NCBI GenBank assembly: GCA_964247055.1
Contig: OZ176056.1
Location: 8,060,001-8,124,000 of the forward strand
DNA from: Paragordius varius
Lineage: Eukaryota > Animalia > Nematomorpha
Direction: 5' to 3'
DNA: 64,000 bases
In this document: positions 1 to 12,860 of the stretch, piece after piece
Layout of the letters: each line of letters starts with the position of its first letter
How positions within the stretch are numbered: the stretch's first letter is position 1
The notes under the pieces: generated by a model
What the model was told of the DNA's origin: nothing
The model's input: the letters and a program-made list of their open reading frames with translations, nothing else
Databases searched by the model: none
Translations under genes and position numbers: made by a program

Positions 1-179
1 TTGAATTATACAGAATAAAATCAAGATTTAAAAAATTATAGTTGTAAAATATCTTTAAAATTACTTTTATTTCATAAAATATAATACATAATTAATTTAT
101 TAGGATACATTTCTCTAAGCTAATAAAATTTATAAACTATTTCTATATATATTTCTATATACATCCCCTAGATTTTAAT

Positions 180-1695
180 TTAAAGTAGAGCTATAAGCCT
201 CTTATGTTCTTCAGAAATGATAGCTTGTTGATATTCTTTAGCAAATGTTTCACTTAACCGTGTACTTAATTGTAAGGATTCTTGGTATTGAGATTCGTTG
301 CCTGTCCCTTGATATAACCCTATATACAGTCCAAAACGAATAAAATTTAAAATGAAAGTTGAAATTATAAATTTTAAAAGCATAATTTAATTTTGGGAAA
401 AAACTTTCCACCAAAAAAAGAGTTAATTAATTAAAATTATATGATTATAACTAAAAATCAAAATTAGTTTCTAAAATTTAAAAAATCAATCTACCTGTAT
501 AATCAAACGACGTTTGAAATTATATGTGATAACTGAAAGAGAATTCATCTTAAAATGTTAAAGCAATATAAATTTAAAAATTTACAAACATACTCGATCA
601 AAAGAGTTAATTATTTTAAATTATATGATAGTAACTGAAAATTGATTTATTAAAAAAATCATTCAAGATTATTAAACACTAAAATATCCGAGCACAAAAA
701 AACTAAAACCAATTGATAAATTATAACCTATTAAATCTAAATTTAAAACAATTTGAAATGAAACTAGCACTAATTTACCCATTACCTTAAACAGTATATT
801 AAATACAACTATAAAAACAATTCTAAATCACTGGTTTCACTAAAATAACCAAAAACTTGTTATATATCTTTAAAACTATCACTTCTTTATGAAAACTATA
901 ATAGAGAAAAAGTTAAGGCAAAATGGCAGCATAGATATAGATATTCCAAAATTCAAATAATCATATATACTTCACATTTTTTAAGTAAAGCATTTTAAAT
1001 CAAACAAATTTTTGATAATTCTCAAACATTATCTCCATAAAAATGTTGTGATTTTCGAAATAAAAAGAATAATAAAAATATGATAACAAGAGGTTATAAA
1101 AGAAGTACGTACGTTTGTACAGAACAGATGCCCATATTTGGGAACATGGATCCAATATTTTAACGGATAATTGACAACCTGGACTTAACATTGTTAAACA
1201 ATCCTATATATATAGATATCAAAAATATTAAAAATTATTTTAATAAAGGCAAAACATAAAAAGTAAAAAATTTTTAATTGTCAACTTGATTAATTCATAT
1301 ATCCTTTTATATTAATAATATAGAAAAAGAGATATAAATAAACAACATACAGTATTATACATTTAACATTATCGAAAAATAAATCAAAATTTAATATATG
1401 TATATTACAAATTAATCTTTAAAAATTATTAAATTTAACATTTTTAAGTTTAATTTATAAATTTTACCCTAAGTCAAAATAAAAATAAGGATAAAGAACA
1501 ATGCAAACTATTTCATACCTGATAATTCTGTGAGTGTATAAATATTTGTCCCAATAGAAGTAAAGAAAAAGCTGTCATCCGATTTATATCTTCAGCGTTT
1601 GACATTTTTAACGCTTCCCTCAAATACTTTCTATGTTAGATTTGTCAATCAAAATAAAATAAAATTAATCATTAATTTTTATAAACTTAAAAATC

Positions 1696-1731
<36 letters not shown>

Positions 1732-4397
1732 GGAACATTTTTGCAAAAAAACTTAGTAAGAATCGAATATAAACGGACAAAATTTTTTTATCAAAAGACA
1801 ACCATACTTTTTCATACCTTATTTTTTATCCTATTAAAATTATTTAATAATAATCGTAAAACATGTAATTATATGTTACCAATATACATCTTTATACTTT
1901 GGGGTTTAAAAGAATGGTTATATTTTTTAAAAAAAACAATATATAAAAAGTATGATTGTCTTTTGGAAAAAAAATATTTGTCTTTTATTTTGTCCGTAAA
2001 TTTTGATTTTTCTTGTATATCATAAACAACTTTAAATATTCTAAAAAAAATGGGTATCAGACGTCATACAGAAGCCAAAAAATATATAAACCAAATAATT
2101 ATTATAGCTATAATTTAAAATTATAAACCCTTAAATATCCATTTTTAAAGAAAAATAAAAATTACCAAAGTTTCGTTAAGATTTTACGTGTTAATGGTAA
2201 AAATACATTGTCGAGCTATACAATAATTTAGCTATAAAAAATACTACATTATTAAAACATTCTATCACCCAAAATTTATTTTATAAAAGTCCGTTTTAAA
2301 TATGTCAAGTTGTTTGTTGATATAACAAACGTATATTTCAAAACGAAAAATTTATAAAATGTTGTTTTTGTATGAAAAAGTCTCTTATGATCAAAAATGA
2401 TTCCAAATTAAAAATGATAAAATAAATAAAATCATAAATATATTCTATAATTTATAATTCTGTGCGCAAACTTTTAATAACCAACTCAAATTGTTAAAAA
2501 ACATTTTGAGGTTATAAATGCTTTATATATAGGTATATTACTTTGATTCATTGAAATCACGTTTGCAACAAAAATTCCACAGCGATAAAATAAAGCTTGT
2601 TCCAGTTTTGAAAATGTAGGTACTATATATATATAATTTAATATAAAATTAAATAAACTAAAAACTATATATATATATAATTTAATATAAAATTTAATGA
2701 AATAGAAATAGTATATAAATTCGGGGCAGTTAACTACATTAAACATAAAAAATATTGAAATTTAAAAACATATATTGTTGTATCCATTATTTTACCATTG
2801 ATATATACACAAAGTACAATATGAATAAGTATACATTGTCAGAAAGTTATTGATTATTGCCAAATAAAGCTATACAACAAAGGGGGCAGTATTATTGGCT
2901 TATAGTTATTTTTTACACTTTTTACTATTATTATGAGCCAATAATAATTCTCTTTGCTGCATGGCAGGCAATAATTATTAGCTTTCTAGCAATATATATA
3001 TATACTTACTCATACTGTAATGTTTTCCCAATTTGATATGGATTTATGATATCTACCAGTTTTCTCATCGTTGGATAAAATTTGGAAAGAATTAATATTC
3101 AAAAAATTCCAATCACATTTTATAAAATTATAATTATTAAAAATAAACTAAATTTTATTGTTCGGCTAAAATGATAAAATACATAATGCATTAATTATAA
3201 GCTTTATTTTGATATCAATATCATTCTTTGTATAATTTCGTAAAATTAATTTTATCAACAAGTTAATATTAGGTGGAAATAATAATAATTATTACGCCAA
3301 ATTTACAGTATAAAAACACTTATAATTTGCAAAAAATAAACCAAAAAATCAGATAAAAACTTAAAATATTAATAATTCCGTTCAAATTAAATTTTACCCC
3401 ATATATATGATATATTCTACCTTATAAGATCTGTGGATTGATATGTTGAAGAATCATTAGTTTTAAATATGGCAATATCAGCCATATTTTGAGCATTGTT
3501 AGTAGAATTTTCATTGATAAGTAAAGTATTTTCCGTAACATTATTATTAAAAGAGGAAATAGGTAATAACATTGTATTAACACCCATATCAAGGCAAATA
3601 GTTTCAATTAAATTTGCAATTTCAATTTCAATCTTGCTTTTTGAACTAAAACAAAAAAACTTAGTAAAAAATAAAAAAATAGCACTTTTTATATTTCAAT
3701 TTTTTGTTAAACCAAAGTTAATAATAAACAATTTTAAATATTTTTTCATTAAAGAAATTGGTTATTTTGAATTATTATAAAATAATCTGTCAAACTGCTT
3801 AAAAATGCCGTTTTTCAAGATATAATCAGTGTCAATTGATGCCACAATCGAACGATTAAATATGGATAATTACCTAATTTATTTAAATAAATAAAAGCTA
3901 TTAATGCCAATAGAATTAATGTTAGAATTAAACTTAAAACATAACAAAAACTAAATTTAATACCATTATTTATTATAATTTTTAATGTTATAATTATATG
4001 ACTAATTCATTTTATATATAATCAGTCATAATCCCATCAAACTTTCACCTATATCGCTATATATATAACATTTAAATTAAAGAGCGTTCTTTCAAAATTC
4101 CATTAAATAAATTATTTTCTAAATTAATCAAAAATTCAAAAAAAAAATTTTTTTATTTATTTTATAAAAATAAAATTGTCAAGCTAAAACTTTATATTGG
4201 ATGTAATGTTGACTAAATTTTTTAACCTATCGCTATATTATAACATTAAATTAGCTCTTTCAAAATTCCATTAGATCAATTATTTCCAAAATTAATCAAA
4301 AATAAAAAATTTTTTTTTATTTATTTTATAAAAAATAAAAATGTCAAGCTAAAACTTTATATTGGACGTAATATTGGCCAAATTTTTAAACCTATTG

Positions 4398-4433
<36 letters not shown>

Positions 4434-7400
4434 CATTTAAATTAAAGTAAGCTCTTTCCAAATTCCATTAAATAAATTATTTTTAAAATTAATCAAAAAA
4501 TCAAAAAAATTTTTTTATTTTTTTTATTTCATATGCTAAAAATGTCAAGCTAAAACTTTATATTGGACGTAATATTGGCCAAATTTTTTAACCTATTGAT
4601 ATATATATAACATATAAATTAGCTCTTTCAAAAGTCCACATTAGATCAATTATATTTTCAAAATTAATCAAAATTCAAAAAATCAAAAAAAAAAATTTTT
4701 TTTATTTCAAATGTCAAGCTAAAACTTGATATTGGACGTAATATTGGCCAAATTTTTTCGACGTGATAAATGGAGTAACATAAGGACCAAATTAAAGTTT
4801 GCAAATGCAGTATGTCGTTTAGCCGCGTAAAAAAACCAAATATCCAACAAATTATTATTTTCTTCGCTTTGTTGATTTAAATTCTGGTTTATATCGGCTT
4901 GTCCTGAATTAGCTATGATGGCGTGACACTAAAGAGCAAATAAAATGTTAGTTAATATAGATTAGGGGTGATTAACATGTGTGTAAAAACATTGTGAAAG
5001 CTATACTTTGTAAAAAAAATATGCTCATAAATTTTTTTGAATCACCCAAGAATTGTACGCAAGAGTATAGAAATTCAAAAAACGTAGTAGTAATGAATAA
5101 TAATTTTAATAAAGACAATAATTCTAAATTAAATGATTGCTGGTGGAAAAGAGCCTATAAAAATAAATGGTTACATGTAATTTTATGACATTTTTAAAAA
5201 TATATAGTTTAACACATGCATTATTAGTATATTAGTTTTATCATATGTCTTGAACTATTGTTTTTTATATTGTTGAAATAAATATAGTTTTTAAATCGAA
5301 ATATATGATGTATTCGTAATATCCGTGATATTTATTGGAATTTTACGATACACAATGTAATAAAACAAAATTTTTATAAAATTGATAATGCTTTAACAAC
5401 TTTTTTTATACTGAATATAGAAATAACTGTTACATTCCGCATTTTCATTTTGTATTGGCCTATTTGTTTGAAATTTAATAAATTATTTATGAATGAATAC
5501 CCATATAAGATTTCAAATCTGACCCGAGAAAGATTTATGTAAAATTTTTTGTAAATTATTAAAGCAAAACAAGTTTTTTTTACGCTAAAAAATTGATTGA
5601 TTGAGTAAAAAATTTAAAAATAATTTTATAATAAGTATCAAACAAAGTAACCATCGTAGTATTTGCAAAAATATATCCTACGCTTATATTTATAAATCTT
5701 GGTAGAATTAAATATAATATCATTTACTAAAACTACCCTTTAAAGTTTTTTAAGTATTGTTCATATTTTAAATCATGCCAATTGTTTTTGAATAAAAATC
5801 TTTTTATATTTGTTCGAAAGAGTGTTTAAAATGTTTAAGGTTATTTATAATGAGCCCCTTGGTTCTTAAAAGCAACACTATAATTTAATTATGTGCTAAG
5901 ATTTCCACAAGGAATACTTTGAAATTATTTTTGCATTCTAGTAAAAAAATAGCACATATCAAGGTAAACAGGTAAAAAATAAATATTTTTTGATTGAATT
6001 ATACTCGTTTTCGTTTAAAAAAAATAAAAAGATATTTTTGGTTACATATATACATATATTGGATGTAATTAGTTATCAGTCAAAATTAATAAAATATTTG
6101 CAATTTAATTAATTAACTTACCCTTTGTTTAACAAGTAAAAAGTGCGTTTGACATTTTTCATATTCTTTCGTTGCTAATGAATATAAACCCTAGAATATT
6201 AAGAAATAAAATAGATACCATTTACAAAATTCATCCTTGAACAATTCAAATTCACCCTCAAAAAATTCATTGAACGGAAATTCAAATTCACCCCTATAAA
6301 TAATTTATGTATCATCGGGCTAATATAACTCATCATTTTTAATATAAAATATATATTTCTTTATGGCATAGTATAATATTTTTTGCAGTATTATGATAAT
6401 TTTAAACAAAATTTCATTTTTAAAAGTGTAAAAAAGTAAGTAATATGTAATTTCAACAAAAAAAAAATTTTAGAGTGAATTTGAATTGTTCAAGGGTAAA
6501 TTTAAAATGTAACAAATGGTATATTAAATGACATTTTTTTGAAAAAAAAACTACAAAAAAAACCTACCAAAAATGTGTGTAATCTAATATCTATAAAAGA
6601 TTTTTCAATTTGATTTTGGGGGTTAGTATTGTTCCGGAGTGATATAAGATGAGAATTAAAGGAATTGGTTATACGCATAAAAGACGTATCAATCTATTGC
6701 GCAAAAAAACATAAATAAATAAATACGTATTTTAAAAAATTTAATGTTTTTTTTCTAGGGGTTAAAAATTTAAATATATTATATTTTGGTAAAAATTACA
6801 ATAAAGATAAAGAATTAAACATAGTTTTTGCAAAAATTGAAAAGTGTTAATATATGTGATAAAAATTTTGTAATAATTTCAAAAAGTAATAACCTCACAT
6901 AGGTAGAAGTATATATATATTCACCAAAAAATGATTTTTTAGGCAAAAATGCCATAAAATATGTTTTATATATAAAATAAAATAATTTAACGATTTTATT
7001 ATCCAATCGATAATTTACACGTTAATGTTTAAACCCGAATAAATAATTCCATGTTATGTACAAATATCCCTCATATTCTATGCATATTTTTTAACAACTA
7101 AAAATTTATTCCTAAAAATAATCAAAATCCGTCTTAAAATATTTGTTTAATTTATTTTTCAAGTTAAAGTTCTTCATTTTATTTAACAGTAGCGTATGGC
7201 ATAAAACCATGTTAGTCCATAAAAGGATAAAAAAATGCGTTTTTTATAAAACAAGGGGATATTATGGATATATATATATATATACAACTAAGCTTGTTTT
7301 TTTTTGAAAAAAAAAGTTAAATTTTTTTATACTTTTATGGACTAAAACACATTGTTTTATGCCATATGTTATTGTATATTATTTATTATATAAACTAACA

Positions 7401-10400
7401 TATGTTTCAAGACAAAAAAAGTGTTTTTTATAAGCATATATATATACAATACTTCTTTAAGGGCATCTAAATACTTTCCAGTTACAAGGTGTGAAACTAT
7501 ACTAAACTCAGTAAAAGCCAATTCTAGTACACTAATCAAACTCCAAGCATTTACTGCGTTGTGTCGAAAATCTAATTTGTGGTGGCGATCATTGAGGTTT
7601 ACGAGATCACCTGATTTTTTTGATTTTGATTTTGATTTTAGATTTTTGATGGTTTTTTGCAAAGCAAAATAAAATAAAATGATTTAAACATTTACAATAT
7701 TATGAGTGAAAAAGTTTGTACATTGCTAATATTTTTAACTAATAATGATGTGTTTGCCAGATATAAGCAGGAAAGAGAATTAATATAGACTAAATAGAGC
7801 ATTAAAAAGCGAAAAAATATTTACATACAGTAAAAATTGAAATTATACGGACAAAAGGTTAAAGATATAAAGACAAAATTTTTTTTTCCAAAAGATATCC
7901 GTACTTTTTTAAACCTTAATTTATCATATTATAAGCATTTAATATCAACCGTAAAATATACCATTAATTGTGTTACTAATATGTTTATTCTATTTTACAC
8001 TTTGCAGTTTAAAACAATGTCTGATATTTAAAATAATTAAGTTTTAAAATAGTATGGTTGTCTTTTGGAAAAAAAAATTTCTTTATATTTTTACATTAAT
8101 TTCAATTTAGCTTTAGTATAAATATGCTATCTTGCAATATTTATAAATAAAAATTGAGCAATGCATATTCTTATTCATACTGTATTAACATTTTGCATGA
8201 GTAAAATTCAAAAGATCACTTATGAAAAAAAGCGCATTTGAAAAAACGGTAAACCCCTTATAAAAAGTACCCCCTGGTCTGAAAATTTTTATAAACATGC
8301 CAAACTTATATTAAAATCCCCCCCCCCCCAAAAAAAATGTTGATTTTAACAAATGTTCTTGTTTTTTATTTATCATAATTCAATAAAAAAGATATTACTT
8401 CATTGTAATTTTTTTTTAAAAAAGTTTAACTTTTAATAAATTTGAAATAAACCGAAAGATAAAAACAACAAGTTAAAAAGCAATTTTTTTCATTTTAAAA
8501 CGCATTTTATTATAAAAATATAATTTTAAAAATCGAGGAGATGTCCAAAAAATCAAAGCAAAGTTTTTAAACCGTTAAATAGGTTAGGGTTATTTTTTTG
8601 AAATTAAAATGCATTATTCAATTTTATATTATAACAACAAATTATTGTTTAATATTAGAAATTCTTGATTACAGTATGCATTTTAATGGTTGATTATTTC
8701 ATACTATAGTAGGGGGCAATTCGCAACACAACAGTAGTGTATGGAAAAAACTATAAAATGTTGAATAAACAATTATTTCCTTTCCTTTTTCCCATACACT
8801 CCTGTGTAAAATAAGCAACCATTAAAATGCATACTGTAAATAATTTTTAATCTATTTATACAAATATATGTTTGATATTAAAATTTTGGTTTTTGCCAAT
8901 AATTTCAGAATAGTTATTAAACTTATTGAAACAACTTTGAGTTAGAAAATACCTGAAATACCAAAAATATATATTTATATATATAAAAATATATACTTGT
9001 CAAAAAACATATTATTAAACATAATCTAATTCGTAAATCTTAATTTATATTTTATATATTTTAATTGATTAAAGAAGCGAATGGTTATTTTAAATCAAAA
9101 TAAAAACCCCAATATTTCAATTAAATATTTTTTTAAAATCAAAGAAATAAAAAAACTTTTAAGGGCAGATATTTGCGTTATTCCTTTTTCAATATATTTA
9201 TAAGCTCGTTCCATATAACCCACTTGTATAGCATGTACAATGAGACACTATATAATGAAAATTTTAAAATAAATTTGTATTAATTAAAAAATATAAAATT
9301 TTCTAAACTAAACTTATCATTAAGAATTAAACTGCATAAATAGTATTAAAATAAAATAATTTAAATATTATCAATATATATATATATATATATATATATC
9401 ATCAAAATATTATCAAGTTTTACATATTATTAAAAAAAATTTTTTTCGTAAATTTAGTTTAAATTACAGTTTAATTTTTTTTGGTATTCCATTATAATTT
9501 TAAAAAATACCAAGTAAGATATGAGAATGATAAAATCTTTAGGAAGCCAAACTATCGATTGTGTTGCTAAAAATTAAAAAATTTATAAAAAAAAGATAAA
9601 ACGTAAAGGTTAAAATACAAAATATTTTTTACATCTAAAAGCCATAATATATTTTTGGTATTCTTAATACCAATGCAAAATATATATTTCTAATTAGGCA
9701 ACTTATTACAATTAGTAGTTATATTGTAATGATTAAACAGTAAAAGATATATTTCGCTTAAATTTTTAGTTAGTCAGGGATGGCACGCATACTTTCTGTG
9801 CGACTCCCGCGAAAAATTTGGAATGGTAAATTACGATATTCTTTAGATAATTTTTTTTCTTTCGAAGTCTCCCTCGAACAATTCAAATTCTCCCTCGAAC
9901 ATTTCAAATTCTCCCTCGAACAATTCAAATTTACCCTTAAACAATTCAAATCCATCCTTGAAAAAATCAAATTTACTCATGAACAATTCGAAATTCTCCC
10001 TCGAACAATTCAAATTTACCCTTGAACAATTCAAATTAACCCTAAAAATAAATTGTTGTGTTTTTGGGCTGTTAATATAACTCATCATCATTAATATGAT
10101 ATATAATTTATATCTTTATGGCATAGTTTATTATTTTTTCAGTATTAAGGGTAATTTTAAACAAAATTTTTATATTCATTTAAAAATATTAAAAATATAT
10201 AAGTAATTTTTAATTTTTAAAAAAACACTTATTTATTTAAGGGTTAAATTGAATTGTAAATGGTATAATTCTCCTCTATTCAAATAGGGCAAAAACGATA
10301 AAAAAAATGTTAAATTCCGTTTTTTTTATTTTTAGTTTCATTTTTTAATCCGCAAAAATACTAAAAAAACCAAACCAATTTCCTCCGGAGTTCTGTTCAT

Positions 10401-11881
10401 GAATGTTTGTAGGACTTGCTGTAACTTTTTGAGGTGAATTTTAATACTTTTGCCCTAAAAAACGAAATAGGCTTAAATAAATCAAAAAAACCAAACTGTT
10501 TTTAAAAGTAAAAAAATCTAAAATTAATATTTCTAACCAAGCTGCTTTTAACGGATTCAAAATCGATACGATTTATGATTTGTGATGTCTGTTTAGATTT
10601 TTATTACAAAATAAAATCGTAGTTTATTGTGTTTTATATTACTTATTAGTTAAATTTTTCCATTTTTTGGATAAAATAACCATATCCTTTATACAATATT
10701 AAAATTATTCGATTCGTTTTAAATATAATCAAAAAAACCGACACCCATTTGTTATGTTAAAAAATAAGATTTCACAATCATAGAATTATTATATTGTCTC
10801 AATAATAATAAATTTTTTATCTATTTAAAGGAAATATTAAGACGCCCCATTTTGAAAAAAATGTTTTAAAAATAAAAAATGTCTAAGCTACATAAACTAA
10901 CCTTCCCCTGTATTAAATGTGATATAATTTGTATGATTAGGAGATAAATTGTATTAGATTCTTTGACAATCATGTCATTTAGAAAAATGTTGGCAGAGTT
11001 TTTAGCAGTTGTTGAATAATTTTCTGAAACTGCAAATCGTTTTAAGCATGAGTTGGCCGAATCTGAGTAACGTTCAAAATCTGTCGCTTCATTGTTTAAC
11101 AAATTTATCTAGGTAGGAAAAAATAGATTTAGAAAAAAATTGAAATTATAAAAAAGACAAATAATTTAGTGATTTGTTCTGAAACTTCGGTAGATATTTA
11201 TTAAAATGTATAGTTTTGATTCAAATTGGTAAATTCAACTATTATAATAAGAATTATATTTAAGTTATATATGGATGATTTTTTTTAAAAAAATGATTTT
11301 TAATAAACTTTTTCTTTATAAAAAAATATATTACGATAGCTAAATTGAGGTAGATATAGAAAGCATGTTGAGGTGATGCTTTTAATTTGTCCAACGCGCG
11401 TTTCAAACAAGTGATTGCAACTTTGAGATTTTTCTTTTGGTACAAATATAAATTCTATGAATTTTATAAGTAATATTACCGTTAACTCGAGTGTAAAAAT
11501 GGTAAACCAAGCAAAATTATTACAAGTCGAATTGGCACATTGAATTAAAATGCGTTCGGCTTCGTCAAATTCTTTTTCGGTCACATTGATTCGAGATAAA
11601 AATATACCAGCAGGATATTTTATTTCACAATCACTCGAATACCAAGCCTTCTCAAAGTAACCACGTGAGATTTCACAATCATTGTAAATAACGTACAAAA
11701 TTTTCCCAATCATAAGGTAGATACCGTAATATCGTTCCGGTTCGACCGGTAAATTTAAACAAGATTTTAAACATTTCAAGCTCAAAAAATAGTTGTTGTA
11801 AGGTGCAGTGCTAAAATGTTGAGCCAAACCTAGCAAAGCTAAATAAGTTTCTTCAACATCATCCTCAGTATCGGTTGACAT
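180..11881 (-). CDS. MAU2: MAU2/Scc4 chromatid cohesion factor (cohesin loader subunit), multi-exon, start and stop both in window
   Basis: GT-AG, phase-consistent exons matching remembered MAU2 motifs in order: 11881-11480 (YLALLGLAQHF, FEKAW), 11454-11335, 11108-10902 (KESNTIYLLIIQ), 10454-10376 (KKLQQVLQT), 9840-9793, 9566-9511 (WLPKD), 9247-9157 (HAIQVGYMERAYKY), 7610-7453 (HLVTGKYLDALKE), 6693-6568 (RLHTFL), 6190-6122 (GLYSL), 4928-4726, 3645-3421, about 2622-2500 (LEQALFYRCGIF), 1630-1519 (YLREALKMSNAEDINRMTAFSLLLLGQIF), 1203-1113 (SQIWAS), 319-180 (stop). Splice phases between 3421 and 1630 are unresolved, so one or two small exons are probably missing. Confidence 0.95.
4050..4758. repeat. 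Four-copy tandem repeat (about 165-200 bp units) overlapping the 3' end of the MAU2 exon at 4928-4726 and its donor site
   Basis: The motif tgtcaagctaaaactt(t/g)atattgga(c/t)gtaat recurs near 4177, 4342, 4543 and 4712. Units differ in (TA)n and homopolymer lengths. Confidence 0.95.
6216..6521. mobile_element. MITE family E (TACCATTT termini, 21-bp repeats in arms), inside a MAU2 intron
   Basis: Starts taccatttaca and ends aaatggta followed by TA. Arms carry caattcaaattcacccttgaa-type repeats. The internal sequence is shared with the copies at 9870, 59031 and 62813. Confidence 0.8.
7828..8116. mobile_element. MITE family F (Tc1/mariner-type, about 290 bp)
   Basis: TA followed by CAGTAAAAATTGAAATTATACGGACAAAA, with long imperfect TIRs. 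Related copies at about 1741-2025, 15588-15820, 16598-16855, 42605-42906, 57877-58167, 63171-63454 and 63460-63650. Confidence 0.75.
8672..8836. mobile_element. MITE family G (Tc1/mariner-type, about 165 bp)
   Basis: TA-flanked TIR CAGTATGCATTTTAATGGTTG ... CAACCATTAAAATGCATACTG with an inner cagtagtgtatggaaaaaac inverted pair. Related copies at about 15370-15590, 40851-41584 (split by a piggyBac MITE) and about 43455-43640. Confidence 0.8.
9870..10265. mobile_element. MITE family E copy with an eight-unit 21-bp array; left terminus missing
   Basis: gaacaattcaaatt(c/t)(t/a)ccct(c/t) repeats at 9875-10043; right end gaattgtaaatggta followed by TA. Lies in the MAU2 intron directly beside the 9840 acceptor. 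Confidence 0.8.
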
Positions 11882-12290
11882 AACATGTGCTTAAAACGAA
11901 CAAGCCAAATACATGTGATTTTTATGGTTAGTTTTTTTTACAGTAACAGGTCCAATTTTCTTTTAGGGAAATATAATTTTATAATGTATAGAATTTACCA
12001 TAATATATTAGATATATTTTTAGTTTTTACGGTGTTATAGCAAAATTTTTATTTATTTTTTTGTAAACGATCGCATTTTGGTTAATTTTGTGCCCGAAGA
12101 TTACACTTGTAAATAACCTATCGTTTTATGAGTTTTTTTGCCATGAATTATTTATATAACATCCGGTATATTTATGTAACAAGTTTTGCACATTTTAACT
12201 TCTTAAATCCGAAATTTTGATTTCAAAATGCGAAAAACGGCTAATTTTTATTATTCAAAATTTGCTGCTAACTGAATTTGAGGTAATTAA

Positions 12291-12860
12291 CACTTGGATA
12301 CAACACACTCATTTTAGTCCTTCGATTCAAATTGGGGTAGTTGGATACTCCAGGCCTGTCTAAAATCAAATACTTGAAAAATTATGGAAGGAATCGAAAC
12401 TAGGCAAAATTTTGCACTTATATAACAATAAACCGAAGTATATTAAAAATTTTATTCAATAATACTTGATATTCCTTAATTTAATCTAAAACCGTAAGGT
12501 AAAAATTTCGTCCACATGACATGTGTCAAATAAAATTAAAAAATATTACAAAATAAACCGCTTTTTCCATTTCTATCATAGTTAGATGTAATTTATATAA
12601 AAAAATTTAGTTTTACCCTTAAAATTAGATGGAGACGATATTTTACAAAAATTTTGTAAAATAAAAATGGCGTCGAAGTAGTTGAGATGGAACTTTTTAT
12701 TCAAAACAAAATTTTATCCAGATATTTTGGCATATTTATATAATTTTTATCAGGATAGAAGCATAAATCTAAATTGGGACCGTTTCCTTCAGTAGTTTTT
12801 TAAAAATATTAATTTAAATTTAGTCTGGGGTATTTAGATACCCCAATTTGAATCGAAGTG
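12291..12860 (+). mobile_element. piggyBac-type MITE (family A), full length, 570 bp
   Basis: TTAA at 12287-12290 and 12861-12864. Imperfect TIR CACTT(G/C)GAT(A/T)CAA, plus the subterminal cttcgattcaaattggggta motif typical of the two-tier piggyBac end structure. Confidence 0.9.

Noticed and set aside
1699-1726. (TA)n microsatellites here and at about 4399, 9375, 13046, 42403, 43722 and 51343
   Set aside because: Ordinary for an AT-rich genome; they generate the spurious IYIYIY ORFs.
2052-2095. Plus-strand GIRRHTEAKKY resembling the missing MAU2 GRYNEAKRF segment (trans-splicing idea)
   Set aside because: Wrong strand, no usable donor, and too short to exceed chance.
9793-9840. Apparent scrambled exon order (frame NIVIYHSKFFAGVAQK resembling a later MAU2 motif)
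   Set aside because: The true match lies in the expected order at 9247-9157, and this exon fits in a different frame with consistent phases.
9770-10091. Heptad-like ORFs (LEQFKFT, NLNCSRE, GEFELFE)
   Set aside because: Translations of the family E 21-bp array; only 9840-9793 is a plausible MAU2 exon.
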